Shown: positions 9,198 to 23,038 of the stretch, piece after piece | Layout of the letters: every line of letters begins with the position of its first letter | Numbering within the stretch: the stretch's first letter is position 1 | Assembly: GCA_035561095.1 (NCBI GenBank) | Contig: DATMYE010000054.1 | Coordinates: 35,202-99,201 of the forward strand | Direction of reading: 5' to 3' | DNA length: 64,000 nt | Source: Clostridia bacterium | Lineage (GTDB): Bacteria > Bacillota > Clostridia > Christensenellales > CAG-138 | The notes under the pieces: generated by a model | What the model saw: only the letters and a program-made list of their open reading frames with translations | Told to the model about the DNA's origin: nothing | The model's database searches: none | Program-made: the position numbers and the translations under genes

Positions 9198-10634
9198 ATG
9201 GTTCGAACCCGATTTGCCCCGTCTCCGACGGGCTACATGCATCTGGGCAATCTGCGCAGTGCGCTGTATACCTATCTCTATGCAAAAAAGCACAACGGCA
9301 CGTTCATCCTTCGCATCGAGGACACCGACCAGAGCCGTTATGTCGAGGGTGCGGTGGACGTCATCTACAATACCCTGCGCGACATCGGCATGCACTGGGA
9401 CGAAGGCCCGGATGTCGGCGGCGACTACGGCCCGTATGTCCAGAGCGAGCGCAAGAGTATGTATCTGCCGTATGCCGAGCAGCTGGTGAAATCCGGCAAG
9501 GCGTACTATTGCTTCTGCACCAACGAGGAGTTGGACGAGCGCAGAGAGAAGGCCTCCGCACAGGGCGAAGTCTGGAAATATGACAAGCATTGCCTCCATC
9601 TTTCACCCGACGAGGTGCAGAAACGCCTTGCCGCGGGCGAACCCTACGTGATCCGCCAGAACGTGCCGCTCACGGGCGAGGCGTCATTTGACGACGTGCT
9701 CTACGGGCACATCAGCGTGGACTGCGCGGAGCTCGACGACATGGTGCTCATCAAGGCGGACGGCATGCCGACGTATAACTTCGCAAACGTCATCGACGAC
9801 CACACGATGGCGATCACGCACGTCATGCGCGGCAACGAATATCTTTCCAGCACGCCGAAATACAACCTCTTGTATGACGCGTTTGGCTGGGAGAAGCCTG
9901 TCTATATCCACATGACGCCGATCATGCGCGACGCGAGCCACAAGCTCAGCAAGCGCGACGGCGACGCGTATTTTGAGGATTATCTGAAGAAGGGCTACCT
10001 CAAGGAAGCGATTGTCAACTACGTTTCGCTGCTTGGCTGGAATCCCGGCGACGAGCGCGAGTTTTTCACGCTGGATGAGCTCAAGGAAGCGTTCGACGTC
10101 ACGGGAATGTCCAAATCTCCCGCGATCTTCGACGTGAACAAGCTTACGTGGATGAACGCGGAATACGTTCGGAGGCTCTCGCCGGAGCAGTTCACGCGCC
10201 ATGCCCTGCCGTACTATGAGCATGCGGGCGTAGCAGCGATGGACAAGGACATCCTCTGCCGCATCCTCCAGCCGCGCACGGAGATCTTCTCGCAGATTCC
10301 GGAGGTCGTGGATTTCTTAGCAGCGTTGCCGGAATACGACGCGGAGCTCTTCACCAACAAAAAGAGCAAGACGGATTCCGTCGTGTCCGCCGAGGTGCTG
10401 GATTTTGTGATTCCCGCGCTGACCGCGCTGCCGGAATGGACGGAAGCAGCGCTGCACGAAACTCTGCTCGGCATGGCGGAAGCGCGCGGCATGAAGAACG
10501 GAACGCTGCTCTGGCCGGTGCGCATCTCGCTTGCTGGAAAACTTGTGACCCCGGGCGGCGCCATCGAGATCGCGGCTCTGCTCGGCAGAGAAGAGTCTTT
10601 GAGAAGATTGAATTTTGGAAGAAGTAAGATATAA
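9198..10634 (+). CDS. gltX: Glutamate--tRNA ligase
   Basis: VRTRFAPSPTGYMHLGN, LRIEDTD, YYCFC, KLSKRDG, WPVR..TPGGA. Confidence 0.96.
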   Translation: MVRTRFAPSPTGYMHLGNLRSALYTYLYAKKHNGTFILRIEDTDQSRYVEGAVDVIYNTLRDIGMHWDEGPDVGGDYGPYVQSERKSMYLPYAEQLVKSGKAYYCFCTNEELDERREKASAQGEVWKYDKHCLHLSPDEVQKRLAAGEPYVIRQNVPLTGEASFDDVLYGHISVDCAELDDMVLIKADGMPTYNFANVIDDHTMAITHVMRGNEYLSSTPKYNLLYDAFGWEKPVYIHMTPIMRDASHKLSKRDGDAYFEDYLKKGYLKEAIVNYVSLLGWNPGDEREFFTLDELKEAFDVTGMSKSPAIFDVNKLTWMNAEYVRRLSPEQFTRHALPYYEHAGVAAMDKDILCRILQPRTEIFSQIPEVVDFLAALPEYDAELFTNKKSKTDSVVSAEVLDFVIPALTALPEWTEAALHETLLGMAEARGMKNGTLLWPVRISLAGKLVTPGGAIEIAALLGREESLRRLNFGRSKI

Positions 10635-10669
10635 TTTCTTTTGTTTCTTTTCTTTTGAAAGAAAAGAAA
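10633..10669. repeat. REP-like palindromic element (copy E)
   Basis: AATTTCTTTTG-TTTCTTTTCTT-TTGA-AAGAAAAGAAA between the gltX stop and the ychF RBS. Confidence 0.7.
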
Positions 10670-10685
10670 AAGGAGGTACCCTTTT

Positions 10686-11777
10686 ATGAAACTTGGAGTG
10701 ATCGGCCTGCCGAATGTCGGCAAGAGCACGCTCTTTAACGCAATCACACAGGCGGGCGCACAGGCCGCGAACTATCCGTTCTGCACCATCGAGCCGAATG
10801 TCGGCGTCGTGGCGGTGCCGGATGAGCGGCTGGACGTGCTGGCCAAGATGTACAATCCCGAAAAATACACGCCCACGACGATCGAGTTCGTCGATATCGC
10901 GGGGCTTGTACGCGGCGCGAGCCGTGGCGAAGGCCTCGGCAACAAGTTCCTCTCGCATATCCGCGAGGTGGACGCGGTCGTGCACGTCGTGCGCTGCTTT
11001 GAGGACGAGAACATCGTGCATGTCGATGGCTCCGTCAACCCCGCGCGGGACGTGGAGACAATCTCGCTGGAGCTGATCTTTGCAGACATGGAGACGGTGG
11101 AAAAACGCCTCGACCGCACACGCAAGCAGCAGAAGGCGGGGGACAAGAAGACGCTCGCGGAGACAGAGCTCTTAGAGCGCATCCAGAAGGCGCTGGAGAG
11201 CGGCAAGCCCGCGCGCAGCGTCGACACAACCGACGAGGAAGCGGAGCTCATGCGCGGCTTCTTCCTGCTCACCAGCAAGCCCATCATCTACGTCGCCAAC
11301 GTCAGCGAGGACGAGGTCGGTGCGGAGCCGAACGCGCATGTCAAAGCACTGTACGAGATCGCAAAGAGCGAAAAAGCCGAAGCGCTGACCATCTGCTGTA
11401 AGCTCGAGGAGGAAATTGCGGAGCTCGATCCCGCCGAAAAGGGCGCGTTCTTGGCTGAACTCGGCATCAAGGAATCGGGTCTCGACCAGCTCGTCAAGGC
11501 GTGCTATCGCCTGCTTGGGCTGATCAGCTATCTCACCGCTGGACCCAAAGAGGTTCGCGCGTGGACGATCACCCGCGGCACGAAGGCGCCACAGGCGGCG
11601 GGCAAGATCCACACGGACTTTGAGCGCGGCTTCATCCGCGCGGAGATCGTGCCGTTTACCACGCTGCAGGAGCTGGGTTCCATGACCGCCTGCAAGGAAA
11701 AAGGCCTCGTCCGCAGCGAGGGCAAGGAGTATGTCATGCAGGACGGCGACGTGACGCTGTTTCGGATTAACGTGTAA
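10686..11777 (+). CDS. ychF: Redox-regulated ATPase YchF (Obg family)
   Basis: GLPNVGKSTLFNA, NYPFCTIEPN, DIAGLV, GEGLGNKFL, AGKIHTDFERGFIRAE. Confidence 0.97.
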   Translation: MKLGVIGLPNVGKSTLFNAITQAGAQAANYPFCTIEPNVGVVAVPDERLDVLAKMYNPEKYTPTTIEFVDIAGLVRGASRGEGLGNKFLSHIREVDAVVHVVRCFEDENIVHVDGSVNPARDVETISLELIFADMETVEKRLDRTRKQQKAGDKKTLAETELLERIQKALESGKPARSVDTTDEEAELMRGFFLLTSKPIIYVANVSEDEVGAEPNAHVKALYEIAKSEKAEALTICCKLEEEIAELDPAEKGAFLAELGIKESGLDQLVKACYRLLGLISYLTAGPKEVRAWTITRGTKAPQAAGKIHTDFERGFIRAEIVPFTTLQELGSMTACKEKGLVRSEGKEYVMQDGDVTLFRINV

Positions 11778-11792
11778 AGCAAGAATGCACAC

Positions 11793-11824
11793 AAAAAGAG
11801 AGCCGAAAGGCTCTCTTTTTTTTG
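11793..11824. terminator. Bidirectional intrinsic terminator
   Basis: AAAAAGAGAGCC-GAAA-GGCTCTCTTTTT+T between convergent ychF and the response regulator gene. Confidence 0.85.
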
Positions 11825-11840
11825 CAAACAAAGCGGGAGG

Positions 11841-12638
11841 TTACGACAATCCCTTCTTCTCGCACATGCGGTAGATGGCGGACTCCGCCCAGGCGTAGTC
11901 GCTCATGAACCTGCCGTCAAAGCGGGAGAGGGCATCCGCCTTGCCCGCCCAGAAGTCGTAATAGTCGCAGGAGACGAGCTCGCGGCGGATGCGGCAGCTG
12001 CCGCGCTCGCGCACGAAGATCTCCTCGGCATTGCAGTTTTTGAGCGTGTCCGTGAGCTCCTTGATCGTCCTGCGATAGCCGGTGTTCTCGGCGGTCTTGT
12101 TCTCGCTGCCCTCGCAGAGGTGCTCGATGATGTCGTAGATGCCGACATTGCGCCCCTCGTAAAACACGCAGAGCGCCATGAGCTCCTTTGCCTTGGCGGA
12201 GACGAAGCGCACGGGTTTGCCATCCACCAGCATCTCAAAATTGCCGAACGTGTGGAACTCCACGCGCTTTTTCTGGCGGGTGTGCAGCAGGCGCGCGCGT
12301 TCCAAAACGTCTTGAATATCGTCGCGGTCAAAGGGCTTGAAGACCATGTAGTCCGCCTTCATCTGGAATGCTTCGACCGCAAAGCGCGGGTGCGCGGTGA
12401 TGAAGACGATGATGATATCCCGCCGGATCTCGCGAAGCCGCATTGCAAGCTCGATGCCGTTCATGCCCGGCATGTCGATATCCAGCATCGCAAACTCGAC
12501 TTCGTGCGCATTTGCATAGGCGATGGCATCCTCCGGCCGCGTGAATTTGCCGACGATCTCAATCTCCGGCATATCCGCGCATTTCAGCTCCAGCAGCTGC
12601 ATATCCAGCGCCATATCGTCGACCAGTATCGTTTTCAT
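11841..12638 (-). CDS. Response regulator (REC plus SARP-like/winged-helix output)
   Basis: ILVDD..MLDIDMPGMNG..FITAH..KP receiver domain; FHTFGNFE..DGKP..F.SAKAKELMA output domain. Confidence 0.85.
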   Translation of the reverse strand: MKTILVDDMALDMQLLELKCADMPEIEIVGKFTRPEDAIAYANAHEVEFAMLDIDMPGMNGIELAMRLREIRRDIIIVFITAHPRFAVEAFQMKADYMVFKPFDRDDIQDVLERARLLHTRQKKRVEFHTFGNFEMLVDGKPVRFVSAKAKELMALCVFYEGRNVGIYDIIEHLCEGSENKTAENTGYRRTIKELTDTLKNCNAEEIFVRERGSCRIRRELVSCDYYDFWAGKADALSRFDGRFMSDYAWAESAIYRMCEKKGLS

Positions 12639-12657
12639 GTGTCCTCCTTGCGCCGCG

Positions 12658-14133
12658 CTATGCAGGCTTGTGGGTCAGGTTGGCGTCATAGATCAGATCG
12701 ACCGTGGTGCCGCGCCCGGGCCAGCTTGTGACCTCCATCGAACACCCGGGGAACTGCTCCATGCGTATGCGGATGTTCTGTATGCCCACAGAATGAACGC
12801 TTGCTTCTTCGCCGGGCGTGTAGCCCACGCCGTCGTCCTCCACGCGTACCACATATTTTCCGTACCCGCGACTGAGGGTGACGCGAACCGTGCCGCCGCC
12901 AACCTTGGGCTTGATGCCGTGTATGATCGCGTTTTCGACCACGGGCTGAATCGTCAGCACGGGGATGAGAAAGTCCGCGTCAAACACGTCGTATTCCACG
13001 TTGAGGCGCCCTTGCAGTTGGACCTTGTTGATCTCCGCGTAGGCGCGCACGGTGCGCAGTTCCTCTCGGAACGGCACAAGCCCGTCGGTCGCGCTGACGC
13101 TGTCTACCTTAAAGCGCAGGAACCGCGAGAAATCCTCGGTCATCTTGTAGGCGGCATCGGGATCGAGCACGATCAGCGCCTGAATCGCGTTGAGCGTGTG
13201 ATAGAAAAAATGCGAGCTGATCTGCGCGAGCAGCACGTTGGTGCGGTCGAATTCCAGCTGCCGTTGCAGCGAGGTGATGCGGTTTTGCGCCGCCTCCTGC
13301 TCCATGCGGCGGATGGTGCCGCGGCTTGCGACCGCGGTCGCAACCGAGAGGCTGAGCAGCACGCTCACGAGCGCGGAATAGATCACGCTGTCGTTTGTAT
13401 ACCAGGGCAGCACGGGCGAAACGGTTACGTGCCACTCGGAGTTATAGATTGGAAACGCGTAGTCAAACGCGCGGCTTTGTATGCCGCTGCCGCTCTCAAA
13501 GATGGTCTGCTCAATGCCCGTGTCGGGGTTGATGCGCCAGATGCGGCAGGCAAAGCCCTGCGCCGCAACGGAACCGGGCGCGGTGAGCCCGCCGATGGCT
13601 TCGGGGTAGTTCAGCGTCACGGAGACGATGCCCCAGAACGAGCCGCCCAGATAGACGGGCAGCCTGCCCGCGATGCCGAGGCCGCCCTGCACGAGCGTGA
13701 ACGGACCCGCCATGATCATATCCCCGCGGTCGATGGCGGCCTGCGCCTCCTTGTCTCCCGCTTTCTCTCCGGTGAGGTCGTGCCCCAGCACGCTCTCGTT
13801 GCCCTTGAGCGGGTAGACGTCGCTGACGATGCCGCCGGGAGCCAACAGCACGTTTCGCACCGTGCTGTCGGTGACCAACAGCCTTGCCACGCGCTCAAAG
13901 CCCTCCGTACCGCCGTCGTTTTGCACGACGAAGGCCTCCAGCGTCTTTGCCTTGTTGAGCTGCGCGGAGAGCACCTCATAGGTCTGCGCGCTGACGGTGC
14001 CCGCGATGAACTTCATCTGGTCGTCCTCGCGCTGCCGCCTGCCGTATTCGATATAGGCAGAGAGCGCCAGGCAGAGAATCAGCGCCGCGAAAAACGCCGC
14101 GACGACGGTCTTTGTGATAGGCCGCTTTTTCAT
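12658..14133 (-). CDS. Sensor histidine kinase, LytS/YehU type, with CHASE-like extracellular domain
   Basis: Two TM segments flank APGG..VYPL.GNE...GPFTLVQGG (CHASE-like); QISSHFFYHTLN H-box, QPVVENAIIHG, EDDGVG, GIQNIRIR. Start moved to ATG 14133 (MKKRPIT). Confidence 0.87.
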   Translation of the reverse strand: MKKRPITKTVVAAFFAALILCLALSAYIEYGRRQREDDQMKFIAGTVSAQTYEVLSAQLNKAKTLEAFVVQNDGGTEGFERVARLLVTDSTVRNVLLAPGGIVSDVYPLKGNESVLGHDLTGEKAGDKEAQAAIDRGDMIMAGPFTLVQGGLGIAGRLPVYLGGSFWGIVSVTLNYPEAIGGLTAPGSVAAQGFACRIWRINPDTGIEQTIFESGSGIQSRAFDYAFPIYNSEWHVTVSPVLPWYTNDSVIYSALVSVLLSLSVATAVASRGTIRRMEQEAAQNRITSLQRQLEFDRTNVLLAQISSHFFYHTLNAIQALIVLDPDAAYKMTEDFSRFLRFKVDSVSATDGLVPFREELRTVRAYAEINKVQLQGRLNVEYDVFDADFLIPVLTIQPVVENAIIHGIKPKVGGGTVRVTLSRGYGKYVVRVEDDGVGYTPGEEASVHSVGIQNIRIRMEQFPGCSMEVTSWPGRGTTVDLIYDANLTHKPA

Positions 14134-14272
14134 GCACGCTGCCTCGCTTTCCTCAAATGCTTTGTCAATCGCGTTGCCGACTGGTTTTATTATATGAAAA
14201 GCTGCGGCGCGGCGCAATCCAAAACAAAACCGCGCCCCGCATCAACGGAGCGCGCTTGTGTCGGAAACATCG

Positions 14273-14692
14273 TTATTTCGAGGACATGGACTTGATCTTG
14301 CGCCGCGTCATGGCGCGCATGAGCGCAACCTTGGTGTGTCCCATGGTGCCGAGGTCTTCGCCGCGTTCCTGCGCAAGGCGCTCCTGTGCGCGGAGTTCCG
14401 CCTCCAGCGCTCGCTTTTCGTCGATCTCCTCCGGCCATTCACAGGCCTGCGAGAGGATATAGACGCACTCGGGACGCACCTCGATGAATCCTTCGGAGTG
14501 AAACGCCGTGCGGCTCGTGTGTTCGTCCGTCTGGATGACGAGCGCGCCGACATCCAGCGCAGAGACCATCGGCACATGGCCTGCCATTACACCGAGTGAG
14601 CCCGCGATGGACTGCACGCTGACATAGATCGCCTCGCCGTTGTAGAACTCGCGCTCCGGCGTGACTACCATCAGGTAAAAAGGCTTTGCCAT
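14273..14692 (-). CDS. atpC: ATP synthase F1 epsilon subunit
   Basis: VVTPER, GSLGVMAGHVPMV, EWPEEID..RA; last gene of the atp operon. Confidence 0.92.
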   Translation of the reverse strand: MAKPFYLMVVTPEREFYNGEAIYVSVQSIAGSLGVMAGHVPMVSALDVGALVIQTDEHTSRTAFHSEGFIEVRPECVYILSQACEWPEEIDEKRALEAELRAQERLAQERGEDLGTMGHTKVALMRAMTRRKIKSMSSK

Positions 14693-14728
14693 GGTCTGCT
14701 CCTTTCCAAAGCGGTCGGGCGCAACGGT

Positions 14729-17067
<2,339 letters not shown>

Positions 17068-17136
17068 GCGGCGGGGTCTCCTTTCGGAAAGCATTGCGCG
17101 TTTGCCGCGATTGGGCGGCTCAGCGCGGGAAATTTT

Positions 17137-18930
<1,794 letters not shown>

Positions 18931-19017
18931 GCTGAGCTCACTTTCCTGAAGTCTAACTCTGTAAAATGCCGATTGCGGCACGAAACAAGCGCGGATAAGG
19001 AGCGCGCTTGACCGATC

Positions 19018-19494
19018 TTAACCGATCTTATCGAAGAAGCTGTCGATGATGCGCTGATGATCCACCCGGGTAACCTCGCGCTCGAGAATTTTTCCCGCAA
19101 TGCTCAGCGCGAGCTCGGCGGTTTGCTCCTTCATCTCGCTGAGCATTCCTTCGCGCTCCGCGGTCGCCTGATTCATCGCATCCGTGAGGATATTCTGCGC
19201 ATCCTGTCTGGCTTTTTTGCGGAGTTCTTCCGCCTCGCGCTCCGCGGAGAGGCGGCGCTCCTCGGCGATATGCTCTGCGTCGAGACGCGCGTTTTTCATC
19301 GCGGTATCATACTGCGCCTTCAGGATGTTTGCCTCGTTGCGAATCTCGTCGATCTGCTGACGCTCGTTTTCAAACGCGGTCTCGCGTTCCTTCATGTACT
19401 TGCGCACCGGCTTATACAGGAAGTAACGCAGCACGAGAAACAGAACGAGTATGTTGAGCAAATGCTCTATGAAATCGATCAGTTGAAAATCCAT
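19018..19494 (-). CDS. atpF: ATP synthase F0 b subunit
   Basis: N-terminal TM with LYKPV..YM.ER, then a long charged coiled coil. Confidence 0.92.
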   Translation of the reverse strand: MDFQLIDFIEHLLNILVLFLVLRYFLYKPVRKYMKERETAFENERQQIDEIRNEANILKAQYDTAMKNARLDAEHIAEERRLSAEREAEELRKKARQDAQNILTDAMNQATAEREGMLSEMKEQTAELALSIAGKILEREVTRVDHQRIIDSFFDKIG

Positions 19495-19551
19495 GGGTAC
19501 CCCTCTTTGGCGCGTGTTTGTTTCTTCGCGATGAACGGATCCGCGCGGAAA

Positions 19552-19812
<261 letters not shown>

Positions 19813-19862
19813 TTAAAATATTTTCCGGCCTGCCGGTGTGTATGGATGGTTTGCGCGGCTTG

Positions 19863-20780
19863 TTACTCCGTGTCTTCAACAACCTCGACCGCTTCGCCGA
19901 TAAACGTCAGCGAGAGGTTGATGAAGATAAAGTACTGAATCAGCGGGTGGAAGGCGTTGAAGTAGATGCCCAGCAGTGCCGGAACGCCGACCGAAAATGC
20001 CCCGAGTGCGTAGTAGATCAGCTCGACTACGATCATGCCGCCGAGCATGTTGCCAAAGAGTCGGCAGGCGAGCGAAATCGGAACCGCGAGATCCGAGAGC
20101 AGCTTGAACGGCGCGATGATCGGATTCGGCGTCACAAGGCTCTGCAATCTTCCGTAGATGCCCTTTCTGCGGATGCCGTAGTAGTTGATCAGAACAAACG
20201 TGACCAACGCATACGAAAACGTCATGCTCAGATCCGTCGTCGGAGGACGGACGCCGAACAGCTCCACAAACGCAGACCCCAGCAAAAGCGCCGCCAGCGA
20301 GAAGAAATAGGAGGAAAGCCCGGGGTTATCGCGCCCGTATTTCTCCTTTGTCAACTTGTCGATAGAGCCGACCGCAGTCTCCAGCATGAGCTGTATGCCG
20401 TGCGGAACCTCGGTAAAGCGCGGGATCACGGTATAGCGCAGCACGATCGCCGTCAGCGACAGCACGGCCACGACGATCCACGCCGAGAACACCGTGGAGC
20501 TGACCGTAAACCCGAGCACGTTCATGCGCGTCGGGCTGATGGCTACCTCAAACGAGCGGGTTCCGAGATGGACGCTGCCAAACACGAGACCCAGGAAGAA
20601 CCAGAGCGCGAGCACGCCCGCAACCATCAGGTATGTGCGTTTTCTCTTGGTGGATTTAAAATTCTCTGTGCCTTTTACCGGCTCCGGGATCCGCTTGCGC
20701 AGCAAAAACGCCGCTATCCCGATGGCCAGCGACAATACGATCGCGATCCATTTGCCCACGCTCGGCATGACGAACTGCAT
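19863..20780 (-). CDS. atpB: ATP synthase F0 a subunit (N-terminally extended)
   Basis: PPTTDL, PISLACRLFGNM (conserved Arg), IQYFIF. Confidence 0.93.
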   Translation of the reverse strand: MQFVMPSVGKWIAIVLSLAIGIAAFLLRKRIPEPVKGTENFKSTKRKRTYLMVAGVLALWFFLGLVFGSVHLGTRSFEVAISPTRMNVLGFTVSSTVFSAWIVVAVLSLTAIVLRYTVIPRFTEVPHGIQLMLETAVGSIDKLTKEKYGRDNPGLSSYFFSLAALLLGSAFVELFGVRPPTTDLSMTFSYALVTFVLINYYGIRRKGIYGRLQSLVTPNPIIAPFKLLSDLAVPISLACRLFGNMLGGMIVVELIYYALGAFSVGVPALLGIYFNAFHPLIQYFIFINLSLTFIGEAVEVVEDTE

Positions 20781-21049
20781 CAGCGATCTCCTTTCACGCG
20801 TTTCCGCGCAACGATATTGATGATGAAGGCGCCGATCACGAGTACGGAGGCAACCCCCGTGCCGAACCAGACCAGATCATGACGGAAGAACAGCGTGACG
20901 ACGACCAAACCTGCGGCAAGCAGAACGATCTTTCCCGTGACGAACATGAGGGTTTTGAATGTGTCGCCGCCCAGCAGCGCCTTTGTCAGCCGCGTGAGCA
21001 GGAAGAGCTCTCCCGCGCCGCACGCAAGGCCAATCAACAACCCGGTCAT
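20780..21049 (-). CDS. atpI: AtpI-like small membrane protein
   Basis: Hydrophobic ~89 aa protein; first gene of the atp operon; GGGAGG RBS before ATG 21049. Assigned mainly by position. Confidence 0.65.
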   Translation of the reverse strand: MTGLLIGLACGAGELFLLTRLTKALLGGDTFKTLMFVTGKIVLLAAGLVVVTLFFRHDLVWFGTGVASVLVIGAFIINIVARKRVKGDR

Positions 21050-21614
21050 CCGCCCGTACCTCCCGCAATCGTTCCGGGACGTTTGATTCAACGTCCCCCA
21101 ATCATGATAAAAATCCTGCTCAGCGAAGGTGCGCCCGTGATCCGCGAACTGCTGCGCGAATTCGGCTGCGACGCCAAGGACAGGATATTAATAACAACAT
21201 TTTACAACTTTGGTGTCTGGTTGTAAAGGCTTTCACGCGCCGGGTTCCGCTCTGCGGATGTGCCGTCAACGGCATTGTATCGATAAGCCATTATTGTTAT
21301 ATACGTTTTTGCGGAAATGTCAAGCGCATGGGGGATGCTTATTTTCGCGTCGAGCTATGCCAAATCGGAATCATGCCGCGTTTCGGCGGACGACAGGCAG
21401 CGCGTGCGGCGTTAAAAAATGAACCGCTCTGCGTGGATCGATCAGGCGAAACTTACCGGAAAAACGTGGTATGATGGCGGCAAAAAACGGCACTTTATAT
21501 TGTGCGCCACTTGAAAAATTGCGCCAAATACCTTACAATCACTAGGTTTGTGAAAAAAAGATCGAATGGAATCGACCAGACGGAATCGCGCAACAGAAGG
21601 AATACCGAAGAGAA

Positions 21615-22976
21615 TTGGAACGAGATTTTAACAGAGAATTTGACAGCCAGGTACAATACCTGAAATATCGCACCCTTTGCGAGGTTGCACGCAGAGCCTT
21701 TGACGACTCGCTGCACGAGACCCTGCTGGATATCCCGAAGACCATCGTCCCCGGCAGGAACCCCACCATGCGCTGCTGCGTCTATAAGGAGCGCGCAATC
21801 CTCGGCGAGCGCGTCAAGCTCGCGATGGGCGGCAACCGCAAGAACGCGAACATCATCGAAACGCTCGATATCGCGTGCGACGAGTGCCCCGTCTCCGGCT
21901 ACGACGTGACCGCCGTCTGCCGCGGCTGCATTGCGCACCGCTGCAAGGAGGCCTGCAAAAGCGACGCGATCTATCTGGATTCGCACCAAAAAGCGCACAT
22001 CGATCAGGACAAGTGCATCGAATGCGGCCTCTGCGCAAAGGCCTGCCCGTACCACGCGATCATACAGACCAAGCGTCCGTGCGAGAGCGCCTGCCTGCCG
22101 CGCGCCATCACGATGGACGAACACAAGGCAGCTCTGATCCACGAAAACAAGTGCACCGCCTGCGGCGCCTGCGTCACGCAGTGCCCGTTCGGCGCGATCA
22201 TGGATAAATCCGAAATCCTGAAGGCTGTTTCTCTGCTGAAAAACAAGCAGCCTGGAACGAAGCTCTACGCGATGGTCGCGCCCGCGATCACGACGCAGTT
22301 TACCTACGCCTGGCCGGGTCAGGTCAACGCGGGTCTTCGTGCGCTGGGCTTTGACGCGGCCACGGAGGCCGCGCGCGGCGCGGATATGGTCGCAAAGGAG
22401 GAGAGCGGCGAGCTGCTGGAAAAAGGCTTTGTGATGAGCTCCTGCTGTCCCGCGTTTGTCAGCTATGTCGAGCAGAATTTCCCGAAGCTCACACACCACC
22501 TCTCGCACTGCCTCTCGCCGATGGCGACCCTCGGCAAATGGATCAAGGAGCGGGAGCCGGAAGCAAAGATTATCTTTGTCGGTCCCTGCACCGCGAAGAA
22601 GGCGGAGTCCCACAAGGAGCGCGTTTCGCCGTATATCGATTGCGTGATCACATTCGAGGAGCTGCAGGCGCTATTCGACAGCCGCAGGATCGATATCTCG
22701 TCTCTCCCGATTGAGGAAGTCGACGAGGCGACGAGCTTCGGGCGCGGGTTTGCGCGCTCCGGCGGCGTGACGGAAGCCATCAAGCAGGCAGTGAAGGAGC
22801 GCGGCAACGACACCTTCAAGCTTGTCGCAACCAAGTGCAACGGCCTCGAGGAGTGCCGCGTGGCGCTCTTGAAGCTCTCAAAAGGCCTGGACGTCGGCAA
22901 CTTTGTTGAGGGCATGGCTTGCGTCGGCGGCTGCGTCGGCGGCGCGGGCTGCATCAACACCGTGAAAAAGAGATAA
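21615..22976 (+). CDS. Monomeric [FeFe]-hydrogenase (group B-like) with ferredoxin domains
   Basis: Several CxxCxxCxxxCP clusters; H-cluster motifs SSCCPAF, GPCTAKKAE, EGMACVGGCVGGAG; N-terminal MRCCVYKER. TTG start is uncertain. Confidence 0.88.
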   Translation: MERDFNREFDSQVQYLKYRTLCEVARRAFDDSLHETLLDIPKTIVPGRNPTMRCCVYKERAILGERVKLAMGGNRKNANIIETLDIACDECPVSGYDVTAVCRGCIAHRCKEACKSDAIYLDSHQKAHIDQDKCIECGLCAKACPYHAIIQTKRPCESACLPRAITMDEHKAALIHENKCTACGACVTQCPFGAIMDKSEILKAVSLLKNKQPGTKLYAMVAPAITTQFTYAWPGQVNAGLRALGFDAATEAARGADMVAKEESGELLEKGFVMSSCCPAFVSYVEQNFPKLTHHLSHCLSPMATLGKWIKEREPEAKIIFVGPCTAKKAESHKERVSPYIDCVITFEELQALFDSRRIDISSLPIEEVDEATSFGRGFARSGGVTEAIKQAVKERGNDTFKLVATKCNGLEECRVALLKLSKGLDVGNFVEGMACVGGCVGGAGCINTVKKR

Positions 22977-22990
22977 CACAATGAAAAAAC

Positions 22991-23022
22991 AAAACCGCAT
23001 GCCGGATGGCATGCGGTTTTTT
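22991..23022. terminator. Bidirectional intrinsic terminator
   Basis: AAAACCGCATGCC-GGAT-GGCATGCGGTTTTTT. Confidence 0.85.
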
Positions 23023-23038
23023 GTGTGCGGAGAGATTC

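Noticed and set aside
5841..10669. AT-rich repeats as a CRISPR array or IS ends
   Set aside because: The copies are separated by whole housekeeping genes, vary in orientation, and have no spacers, cas genes, transposase or target duplications.
21103..21226. 40-codon plus-strand ORF (MIKILLSEGAPVIRELL...) in the atp leader
   Set aside because: No RBS or recognisable family; its antisense position in the leader is better explained by RNA structure.
21500..21566. Possible Rex operators upstream of the hydrogenase (TTGTGCGCC..., TTGTGAAAAAAAG...)
   Set aside because: Only left half-sites match TTGTGAA-N4-TTCACAA; the right halves are poor.
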